Below are positions 26,211 to 37,149 of a stretch of 64,000 bases of DNA, piece after piece (position 1 is the first letter of the stretch; every line of letters begins with the position of its first letter). The stretch lies in the NCBI GenBank assembly GCA_001244265.2, contig CDLV01000014.1:930001-994000 (forward strand), in the 5' to 3' direction. The position numbers and the translations under genes are program-made. The notes beneath the pieces are model-generated. The model saw nothing but the letters and a program-made list of their open reading frames with translations, was not told where the DNA came from and searched no databases. This stretch comes from Microbotryum violaceum (Eukaryota).

Positions 26211-27292
26211 ATTCAGCTTTGACCATGTTGTCCTCCCTCTTAGAAAAGATCGCGCCCACTTCGACGCTGTCGACGACCTTCTTCCCGCCTGCCGCCCTCT
26301 TCTCCGCCGAGGACATGCCTGACCTGTCGGGCAAGGTGAGCCCCCCGTCCTCTCCTTGTCTACCTCATATGACCTAAACTCATCCTCTCTTTCTCTAATA
26401 TACCCTGGTCGCATCCTCGCTTGTCATCGCACGTCTTGCCCATTTCGCTCGCCGGCCTGGCAGGTCATTATCGTCACCGAGAGCGGCTACGACCTGCGTA
26501 AGCCGTGATCGGAGTGGTTTTTGGATTTATGGACCTTGTTCTGATCACTTACGATTGCTCTCATGATTCGCGTAGAATGGGGCACCAATGTCCTTGGGCC
26601 ATACTACTTCACAAAGCTGCTTATGAGTATACGCCGAGGCGCACCGTAGAGATTTGCTACTACTTCACGGCCCTGTGTCCTTCAGCTTCCTGCCTTGAAG
26701 GCCTCCAAGTTGGCTTCGGGTACACCGAGTCGTGTCATCAACACGTCGTCTCTCGCGCACGGGTATGCTCCTACCAGCGCCCCCAACAAGGTGTGGGAGG
26801 TCGATACCTTTGTCGGCGGCGGGAAGCGAGATGCGCTTATCAAGAAATGGGGAGAATACGGCGCCAGGAGGTGAGAGCACACCTACAGGATCCTACCGTA
26901 ACACACGAACAGACTTTGACGAAAAGGACCCGCTTGGTTTTTTTATAAAGTAAACTCTACGGTCAGTCGAAAGCGGGCAACATCGCGCACGCCAACTACT
27001 TGGGGCGCGAGCACGCCGGTGACATCGTCGCCTGCTCTCTGCATCCCGGCATGATCAACTCGGAGCTGCAACGACATCTCCCCGGCTTCGTGGCTAGCAT
27101 CGTGAGATGGATGTCGTATCCCTTGACAATGGGTGCCCTTACGCAAATTAACACTGGAACGATCCTCACGCCTGAAGAGATCAATGGCAAATACTACCAA
27201 CCTTGGGGCCGCGTCGGACACCCGACACCCCAGTCCATCGATCCTGCTCGAGCTGATGAGGCGCACCAGTCTTGTGAGGCTGAATTTGCCAA
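26211..27292 (+). pseudogene. inverted duplicate of the SDR gene at 55866-57281, internally deleted
   Basis: Near-identical to the reverse complement of ~55872-57295. Lacks 355 bp including the TGGNAGIG exon, one splice donor is mutated (GTGAGT to ATGAGT), and the stop codon is lost. Confidence 0.9.
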
Positions 27293-28261
27293 AGGAAAAT
27301 TTCGAAGCCCTGCAGGCCCGATCCCTTTGATGCCCCTGAAATAGTCGCACCCGAGGATGAGGCTCGCGACGAATCGCTGACAAGAATTCCACACCGCGGG
27401 GTGAGCGTCGAGCACGGCAAGGTCCACCAAGCTAATGTTTTGGTCCTTGCCCGATAGCACCGCGCGATAACGGGCTTGGTCGGCGCCGAGAAGCATGAAA
27501 AAGTCGCTGTCGGCGCTCACGAGGACGACGCGGTTGGGTTCGAGCGCAACGTCGCAGATCTGGCCAAACTTGGTCGACGCCGAGACGAGGGGATCGGCCT
27601 CGTGGGCCGCGACGACGAGCAAGCCTTGCTCGGACCAGCGAACAAAGGTGGCGACTCGGGTTGGCTCGTCACCGTTGCAAACATCGACCTCCCATTCTTT
27701 GCTCGATTGTCCGTTAACGCACGCGGCGACGGTATCGTTCGTGATGAAGGGGACGGGGTGGGTGACAGGGGTCGATTTATCGGAAGGCTGTTGCGTCTGC
27801 TGGCGATCTTGGCGATCGAGCACGGTGTTCCGCTTGAGCTCGGGACGAAGGATGGGATGATCAAATACCACAACCACTTGGATCCGCCTTGCCGTCGCTG
27901 AAATGATCTCCTCGAGGTGTCGAATGATAGAATTGAGGAACAGCCGGCCTCGCTTCGGCTCGTGATGTTTCGCCCGGTCCGTCGCGGCTTGGCGCTGACG
28001 TGCGAACGCGGTAGCGCCGTCGATGATGGCGACTGAGTGGAGCACAGTGATGGACAGCTTAGAGGGTCAGCTAGGCTTTGCTCGGAAAATCGTCCCGGAG
28101 CAGTTACGGGCTGCGAAGGGGCTCTGAGGAAGCGACTTGCCATCGATCTTGCCGACGAGGGAAACCAGCGCGCTGCTCAGGTTCGTCTCCCGAGAGAGAA
28201 GGGCGTCTGGAACGACCTCTAAAGCGTGACCGAGGCAGTCGTGGCCGTGTTTGACCGTCAT
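27293..28261 (-). CDS. XPG/FEN1-family (PIN + H3TH) nuclease, 3'-truncated; probably TE-borne
   Basis: MTVKHG...LVGKIDVAIIDG (via GC-AG intron 28033-28140), VVVVFD, HEADPLV, VSADSDFF, LILGCDYFRGIKGIGP. Confidence 0.82.
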
Positions 28262-28559
28262 CGGGGGAGGTATGAGGTGTGTAGGTGGACGGCGCAAGGC
28301 CCAAGGTGCAGGGTGCAGGAAGAATCAAGGGTGGTTGAGAAGGCCGCGCTGCCCACCGCTCCGAGCCGAAAAGCAATCGAGGGCAGGTCCCACAAAAGGT
28401 CGTTCGAGCTCAGAGTAGTGCGAGAAGAGGCATCATAATATTTCAAATTGTACCGTAAAATAGCCTGTACCCCATAATCATTATTTCTGCTCTCAATCTT
28501 AGTCTGGTCAAGGCGGCGGCCTCCTTTCGTCTTCTCGGTACTATGCTCTTCGCTTCTTC

Positions 28560-30220
28560 TCAACACCGCGCTTATCTCAAAATGACGCGGAACCGCAGAC
28601 GCTATGATTCGACGACTCGCCAGGATCGCCGCCGTCAGGCGGATCTATTCCGGCTTCATAAGCTCTCACTATGTCAATACCTCTCGTGGTATTTCAGCCC
28701 ATCAACACAACACGATATTGTTCACAATCATAGGCCAAAGCTCTTCAACAGTAATTGGACCCAGCTCAAGCATCTCATCATACAACTCGCCCGCGAAGAT
28801 GGCCGAGACGCACGAGGCCGAAGCAATAATTGGATCTCCAACCAGGTGGGTAACACTCCAGCATATCAGATCAGTATACAAGACCGCGGCAAGGCCTCTT
28901 AAACACTTGCATCCTACCTGTGCAGTCTGACTCAATCCTTGTGAAAGAGATGAAACGAACCAAACCCGCCTTCGTCTCCAGCCACGACATGGCTCCTGAA
29001 GTCTTGACATCTGATCAGATTGACGCACGCCTCGACGCAATAGTCGAAAGCAACTCTTTCATCAGTGGACGCATCCGCAACCTCTTGTCTCACTGCGGAG
29101 ACCCACCAGCCGTCGAAGAATCAAACTGCGACAAACTCAGCTCGGATTTTACGGACGTTGACATGGAGGACGCTCAAGAGGATAGCTCTGGGTCGGACGC
29201 AGAACGGGGGTGTTTCAAGGAGCAACATGTATCATTTGTGTGTAGTTATTGCCTGAGCTCAGCCCGTTGGTCAAAGCCAAATTGATGATGGCGTTTATTG
29301 ACTTGCCACAGCTTTGTCGCTCGATAATGGGTCAGATCGCCTTCGCGTGTAACCGAAGGAATAATGCTATGCAGCATCGTAACGGTCTCATGGCTCTCGC
29401 ATGTGGAGCGAACGATCGGTTGACGACGTTGGCTTGAAATATCAAGCTCTTCCCTGAACCCGTTGGAGCAATGGCGAACACAGCGTCATACTGATTTCGA
29501 GTCTTGAACCGCTCGAGCTGAAAAAGTCCGGCGAGAGCTTCAATTTGCACCGGCCGGGGCACGAAGTCCTCGCCAAATTTGTCGACCAAGAGGAGTCTGA
29601 ACTTCTTGCGTAACTCAATCGGGTCAACTCGATCTTCTTGAGTCAATTGTGATCTCCGGTGAGTAGCCCGAGAGCGAGGGGTAGGCAGTTCGGGGGTTGT
29701 GTTGGTTGATTGATGGTCCCTCGATGTCGTTGGCTTTGCCCTCGAAGCTGATCGTAAGGGCAACTCTCTGAACTCAATCGATGGAGACCGACGAGGTGCG
29801 CCATTGACACGCGGTGGCGTTTGTAGGGGCATGGTGGATCCTGAGGGCGGTAGCGACGTCGTGGACTGGCGTTGTGGACCAAAGGTGGGACCGGTGAGGC
29901 GCAGCTGGCTGATTCACGTCGGCGCGAAGAACCGTCCCTCTGGGTCTGTGCGCGAGCCAGCTCCAAGTCGAAAATAACAACTTCTAACCGCTGTAGCTCA
30001 ATGAATAGGATTCCCAAGAGTCTTCCCTTGGTATATATGCTCCAAAAGATAGCATAAGAGTAACCCTTTTGCAACGATTGTATAGGTTGTTTTTATTTGC
30101 CATGCTACAGCAAGGTGGTACTTTTCTGGGCCAAACTTCGATAGGCAACTCAGCCAAATGCGCCGATAAGGTACAAGCCCCTCCATCTGTGGAGGGTTTC
30201 GAGCTTAAAAGCCTCCACTA
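28560..30220. mobile_element. AcademH-like DNA transposon, internally deleted copy 2 (inverted relative to copy 1)
   Basis: Transposase N-terminus on + (28582-29432, ending IMGQIAFACNRRNNAMQHRNGLMALACGANDRL) abuts a helicase N-terminus on - (29832-29433, DAVFAIAPTGSGKSLIF). 30097-30207 is the reverse complement homolog of copy 1's left end (~16998-17112). Confidence 0.75.
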
Positions 30221-31129
30221 TTCCGTCACCTCGGATCGACGCTCCAGGTCGATCTCACATTCGGATCGAAGGAGGTCCACGGTACCCTAATGTACTCTAA
30301 TCATGTGGTGCAAGGTAGCTTATTTCTAGTGTACGTTTTCAACTGCACACGGTCTTCAAGCCATGAGTCCCACCTCGGTCGACAAGGTCCCCTTTTGTTA
30401 CCCTTTACCCTAACTAGTTAAAAAAGAAGTGTCGATCCGCGACCCATGTACCTAAAATTGCGGTTTTTGACTGTGTTGCGGCCCAGAGGGCCGCCTATAT
30501 CTGGGCCGCCTATAGTGAATGTACCAGTACAGTATTGGGTCTGCCGCACCTGCCTGTGATATTGGCGTCCCGACCAGAAGTCATGTACGACCCTTTCCGC
30601 ATTTTCTGCTGCACCATAAAAGTCGAGCTACAGTCCGAGGACAATTTTTGTTGATTTTTGGCGGGGTGCGCAACTATTGAGCAGTTTGTGTATGATTTGA
30701 TTTACCAAGCGCGTGGTTTTGCACGACACTTCTTCTACAGAGCTCAGGCGTGGTCTCGCTGTCGTTGACGCGGGGATCGGACGCGGGCGCCGCTACGCTG
30801 CGCGATGCCCCGTCGATCACGTGACGTATGTTTGGCATCCCGATCCCGGTTTTAGGGGCTCAACAACATCATGAGGTTCCAGACGCTGTTGATACTCCCG
30901 CGCTACTCTCTCCGATTTTCGCCTTTTCCCTCCCACTCTCATCGAATTTGCGTGACAACCGCGCCGAGTCTTTGGCGCGAGGGTAGTGCCGTACGATATA
31001 CGATAGCGTACTATCGTACCATGGGAGTACCATCGGCCTGCTCGAGCTTGCTCGAGCGCCCCCTGCTGGGCCCGCTGCTCCCCTCTCCTCTTCGTCCCGC
31101 TCCGATCAACAGAATCAGCTCCCCGCGCA

Positions 31130-32830
31130 TAATGACAACAACTCAACAGATCTTGGTATTGCGACCCGTATAAGCGTCCGCCGTACAGCTTTGTAGAACG
31201 GACAGCGTGGTCAGCGCGATGGGCCGATGGCCGAACCGACGCTGAGCTCGCCCCACCGCCACCTCTTCCTGCGCAGAGGCAAGTGCGCAGGCCTCGAATC
31301 GAGCTCAAACGACTCAAGCCCCACGTTCCCATCCGCGACTACCTCGGCCCCAGATGGCCGAGTGTGCCCACTGCAAGGCTCGACACTGGGAGTGCAAAGG
31401 ACGAACCGGACACTTGAGCACGTGCTGCTCGCAGGGTAAGGTGCAGCTACCTCCTCTGCGGCCCAATCCCGAGTATCGACAGCTACTTGAAGGGTCGGAT
31501 ACCGGTCAGTCTCTCCAGTCTGTCGTAGGCCCACGTGCTGAAGGGTTCGACCCACCTACACAGAAGCGGTTGCATTCCGCGAGAATGCCCGGTCGTACAA
31601 CAACTTGAACGCGCTGTCGTTCACTTCGCTCGCTGGCTGCCCACTTTGACCAGACTCGACTAGGCACTCAAGGACCCCGCATGTTTCGGATTTTCGACGC
31701 CTTGACCATCGACTCGGCGCACTCTCGGCGCCCTGAATCCTGCCGTCAATCAGCGCCCAATCTTACCCAAAACATGGCTCATCTGCCCGGCCGAGGCCGC
31801 CAACACTCAACTTGGACCCGACGGCGCAGACAGTCGCATACAAAGACCACCTTTGACAAGCTCAATTCTACGTTGCGTACCGGCAATCTCTTTGTGAGGG
31901 AATTTGCATCGGCCAAAGCTCGCGCAGGTTAGGCCAAAGAGTGGGTCCCGCGCCTCTGCCTACCAGCTGGCGGAGACCGACGCACCCACAACCTTCCTAC
32001 GTCGAGCACCGAAATGGCGGTGCTTATCTGCGATTCCGACACCAACACTGGAGATCGTGGACCGCAAGACCTTATTCTCCAGGTGCACGGTGATCGAGGT
32101 CCCGATCGTCGGCCCAAGTACCAAATTGTTAGCTCGCTCCATCCGTCTGCGATGCCTCTCCGTTACCCACTACTCTTCCCCGCAGAGGAAGATAGCTTCC
32201 ACCTCAACATTCCTCTGTGCAGTTCCAAACAAGCTGGGTCATCCTTCGCCGACAAAGAGGATGAAGACGAGGAGGAAGGGGACGAAGGGAATGGTGATGG
32301 TGAACGTAAGCGCCTTCGGTTCTTTCTCGGATGTTCCATTCTGTTAAGGCGCACGCACAGACTGACATTGAACGTTTGAACACCTAGGACGAAGCTCAAA
32401 TAAAGGGGATCGAGGTGGCGAGTCTCGCGTTCACAATCATCTGCGTACTACTTGCACAAACGCGACGAGTACTTCTCAATCCCGCATTGCACCCAACGTG
32501 CCTTCCTGGCGTTCGTGATGACGGATACTCTCGCTTGGCCCCGGATCAAGTTGGATGTTCGGTGATTTTGGGCTCAACATTCAAGAATAGACCGCGCGAG
32601 AACACGCAGCGTTACCAAGATGCGATGGCGTGCGTCGTAAAATATGGAAAGCCTTCGCTGTTCATCACGGTGACGTGCAACCCCGAATGGCCTGAAATCA
32701 AGGCTGCACTGGGGCCGAACGACCAAGCATGCAACCGACCGGAACTCATTGCACGAGCGTTTGAATCCAAGTTGAACCGACTCAGCGACGACGACGTTTT
32801 TGGCAACAAGCAACGGGCAGGCTGTTTGTG
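31130..32830 (+). mobile_element. Helitron Rep-helicase remnant (Zn finger + Helitron_like_N), frameshifted and deleted
   Basis: CAHCKARHW...CCSQGKVQLP, FRENARSYN, HPSAMPLRYPLLFP, VILGSTF...YQDAMACVVKYGKPSLFITVTCNPEWPEI...RPELIARAF. Confidence 0.9.
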
Positions 32831-33184
32831 GAGGAGAACTGTTTCTTTGCTGTACTTCGTAGTGTGCTTATTTAACCTCTGTTGAAATCATGTAGACTGT
32901 TCAAGTCTCCTGCTATTTGATTTTCACCCTCCCGTTAATATAACGGGTTCCCACTGGTTTTCTGTTTGCGGTGCTAAGTGGCAGGCGACTTGTCCTTGAT
33001 TAGCCTAGTCAGATCCGACTCCTCATTGAGCCTCCCTCGTGAACCCTTTTCTCGTATCCCTAGTTTTTCCTTTTGTGTTTTGTAGTTTCGAGTGCACGCA
33101 TCGAGACGCGCATGCACCACGGATTTGAAATTCGAGTCCACGTCTCGCCTACGCATCATTGCCTGCGGTTCACTACCGGACAAG

Positions 33185-34614
33185 ATGGCATTGGCAAGTG
33201 TCCAAGGTGCATGGAATACGGTCAGTCGCATGCGCTCGTTCTCGCTCTTCAGGATCTCGTTCTTAATGGCAGGCTGACACTCGTCTCTCGTACTCTGCCG
33301 TACTGCTACTGCGCCACGCCCTTGTCTCGTCTTGCTTGCCCTCCCGACTGCCGCTGCGCCTTGGCTCGGACGTGATCGCGGCCATCTGGGGCCCATGATG
33401 GCGCGTACAGCTCTCGGGATCCGAAGCAGGCCAAGCAACCTCGCAGCTCGTACAGACCGATGATTCAGCTTTCAAGTTCCTCGACTTGACCCGGACACAG
33501 CGACTTTATGGCTTTGGTCAGTCGTCCGCTCCCGCCAAGCACTGGCGCTCTCCCGTAGTTGCGCCGCCCGTCGCGTCGCGGCGCGTCTGTCGAACACGTC
33601 ACTCGCACCAGCCAAGGCAGGCCGAACCCGACAGCAGATCGCTGATACACGGTAACATGCATCGCAGGCTTTTGTTTGGTCGCTGGATGTGCTCTGGCCG
33701 TTGTCGGTGCCATTCTCTTCACACTTGTACGTCATTCGAGCCTTGTGATGCGTAGGAGGCCAGTACTGATCGCCTTGGCTTGGCTCTCCGACCGCCGCAC
33801 ATGCACACACGAACAGGGCCAAGTCACTCTCTTCGCGAGTGAGTCCTGCGTTGACCAAATGATCGAGAAGTGTGAGACTGATCTATGAACGAGCTTTTGA
33901 CAGCTTTCTATGTACTCGGTGTCATCATCTCGCTGGTCGGCACCGGCTTCTTGGTCGGCGTGAGTTCGACATGTCTATTTTAGGCCGTGTCGACTTCAAG
34001 CCTGATTCCATCATACCCTGTCTTTCATGTAGTTCCAAAAACAGTTCAAGATGATGATGGACCCCGTCAGGATATGGGCAGCCGGTGAGAGCGCATATTG
34101 TTAAATTTCTCGCTCGTGTGGTAAGCTAACTTAGGTTGCTGGGCTTCTTCTTCTAGGTCTCTTTCTACTCTTCATCGCATTGACGGTACGCTTTTCTATG
34201 AAGGCACCAATGTTGTCTACATCAAGCCAGCTCATCCTCGCTCTCTCGTCCTCAGCTCGTCTTTGCGTTCGCCATTCGGATCCCGTACGTTCACGCCCCT
34301 TCGCGATCGAGTCGTGAGCAAAGAGCTGACCTCTGAGCTTTGACCTCCACCCAAATAGCATTCTCGTCATCGTCTTTGCGATCTGTACATTTTTGGCTTT
34401 TATCTGTGAGTCTCCTTGTATGCCCATCCTGGCCTCGGGTAAGTATACTGACGCTCTCTCATCGATTCGCTTCCCACAGGGTATACTTTGGTGAGCATCC
34501 GTCCAATTTAATTGTCCTAGTTCCAACAAACAACATCAACTGACCTCTCTATCCCTGTCACAGTCATACATCCCCTACGCACGAGCATTGGCGAAGAAGC
34601 TCAACCCGTTCTAA
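33185..34614 (+). CDS. SFT2: SFT2/Got1-family vesicle transport protein, ~11 exons
   Basis: LDLTRTQRLYGF, FYVLGVIISLVGTGFLVG-FQKQFKMMMDPVR, WYTL-SYIPYAR; canonical GT-AG introns. Confidence 0.88.
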
Positions 34615-34949
34615 ACGGGACGTCGGAGAGAGGCCTGCAGTGCGTCGATCGAGAACGAATCTTCTCGTGTCTCTTGTGAGCTAATTCGTTCTCTTTCGTG
34701 TTGTACAGCGCGCAACGGAGCACTGTGTGAGATTGCTGTAGTCGCTCTCTTATTCATACTATGTGGGCCATGTTTCCCATCAATCATCTGTCCTTGGCCG
34801 AGGGGTGGGGCTGGACAACGCCCGGTCTGTGTGTTTGAGTACGTCAATGTCTTGCATCATTGTGCAATCCCTCGAAACATTTGAATCAAGGGTGGCAACT
34901 CGGGGATCTTTCGAGACTGCGCAACGGCTACGTCCCTGCGACTGATCCA

Positions 34950-35845
34950 GATGACAAAAGATCGCCCGTTGAGATATACTAGCCCCCTGAGTCAAATCCC
35001 CTTCACCGCCACCCCGTCCGTGTCGACGGTCTTCTACCGTCCTTCCTCCTCCCAGCATCATACTCAACTCCCTTACTCTTTCCAATATCATACCTGACAT
35101 GACTCGGTTCAACACCACATCTCGACTCATCACGGACCTCTTGTCGAAGCTGCCCTGGCGATCTTCGGATCGATCAGATCTACGATGCTTGGACTGTGGT
35201 GCCCAGAAGGGGGTGTGCGCTCATCGCCGGTTCTCGCAAAAACAGCTTAAGAGTGAGCGTGGACTTGTCTGTACCTGAGTGGGATCAACTTCAGATGATG
35301 CTGATCAAGCGTGGCTTGTTCCGATGGAATAGAGCTCTGCAACGAGTGGAAGCGCCGCTTGCACAAGTTGATGCTCAGGGAGCGCGAGCTGGAATTCGCT
35401 CGGTCTCTGGGGATGAATTACTCGTGGGCGGGGAAGTGAGTGCTTCTTTAAGGAGGAGTACCACACTGAATCCTGCTGTTGTATTGAGCCTAGCTGTTCG
35501 CCTCCCCACAGAACCTCCGACATTGCTCTCGTACGCCGCTCCCTCATCGAAGCCGAATTCATTTTTCTCCAACTTCACCAAGCCCTCAAATGGTGTCAAG
35601 CCCAAAAGACCCTCCAGCAAGTCCTACTCCTCGAATACAACCCTATCTGCTCCCCTCCGCCCGAAGCCTTGACGGGTCCCACGGCGTACCCACCGGCTTT
35701 GAAGGATTTACCCTATCCGCTGCCGGAGGTGCCGAGCTCCAGTAGGGATTATAAGGCTGTTGTGGAGGCTCCGCCGAAGTTCAAGAGTAGGGAGAGTATG
35801 GTGGGTCCACCGAGGTATTCGTTGGCTATCTTGGGCAGGGAGTAG
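34950..35845 (+). pseudogene. disrupted hypothetical protein
   Basis: Protein-like text (RIDQIYDAWTVVPRRG...; PPEALTGPTAYPPALKDLPYPLPEVP...PPRYSL*) broken by a stop near 35095 and apparent frameshifts. Confidence 0.35.
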
Positions 35846-37149
35846 GATGGGGAATGCGGAGGTAGCCTACGGCCGGACGTGTCCGTTGAGTTGGGGGGTC
35901 GGGGTCCGGGTCGGATACCCCTATTGATTAGTGGAGCTCCCTTCCAGGCGTTGTGGGACTCTGTAGAAGACAGCAAGCATGGACCAGGTCACTTATTTTG
36001 AAACATGTGCATTATCATAGACAAAGTTTGTGCCCGCTTTGCTTTTTTGTGGACAGGGTGCCCTTTCCTGCGGGAGACTGGTCAATGCCGTAGTTTTCGC
36101 TGATTCCGCAGGCGCATTAGAGGCTACTTTCAACACAAAGACTCGCCCTTGGGACTGTTCATTCGCTAAATGCCGACTGGTAGAGTTCTGCTTGCTTCAA
36201 TTGAAGGTCAGTGCGCAGCAGTATTCGCGGGCCGGGCGGGGTGTCTCACTCGGATCAATTAGCAAGTGAAAAGGGGCAGGAAAAAGTCCGGGCTCCGAAG
36301 TGAAATCTTGATCCGCTAGGAAGAGACGGGGAAAGTCTCTTCAGTGGTTTAGATGGAATGAATACTAAGTCAATGCAGTACTCGTGTATTTGCGACCGAT
36401 CTACATATTCATGTTCCCGAAGGAGCCCGTGTTCCTGACAACGAGCGCGTCTCCGCGCGTCCGCTGATGGTCGCTCGAAGAACGGCAGTGGCCCGAGCGC
36501 GCCCAAGCCTTGGTTGACGACGTCCGGCGGGTCCAACGAACACAATCGCACTCGGTCCTCCTTCGAGGTCAACTCGACCACTCATCGTCGGGACGAAGAC
36601 CACCTTCTGGTCCTACATCTACCTAGCCTACTATCGGACAGGTGCCTTCCCTCCCCCATCCTTCCCCCCTTCATCCAAGACTTTGGAGTAGATCCTGCGC
36701 AGCTCGCTTTGGGTTTACTGAGCGCCCAGCATCGAGCATCACCATCGCACAGCCTTCGCCCCGCCTTTCCTTTCGCATCGTCACGTCGACTGTCGAACGC
36801 TCGGACACGAGATCGGCTTTCGGAGTCCGGTTTCGAAGGAGTCGTAAGCACCACTACTGCAACGCTAACCTCCAACCTTGAGCTTCCTCTGACCTGATTC
36901 GTGATTGTCCACAGCTTTCTAGGTGCAGTCCCTATTTTCTGCGACACCGCTCAATCACCACACCGTCGAAACATTGACCGAAGGTTCAAGTCTCGTAGCT
37001 CAGCGATCCACCTGCGCCGAGGCCAACCCGAAAGAACGCCGAACGCTTCTCGAAGTTGGGTCGGACGATAGATCCCAACCATCGCATCTGAATCCGCCAG
37101 ACGACGCGGAAATAGGTTTTCACCTCTCGTTCGTGGGCAATTCTCGCTC

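Noticed and set aside
27000-27344. Functional SDR-nuclease fusion or overlapping gene pair
   Set aside because: The overlap is only read-through across a rearrangement junction at ~27292, and the SDR copy lacks its cofactor-binding exon.
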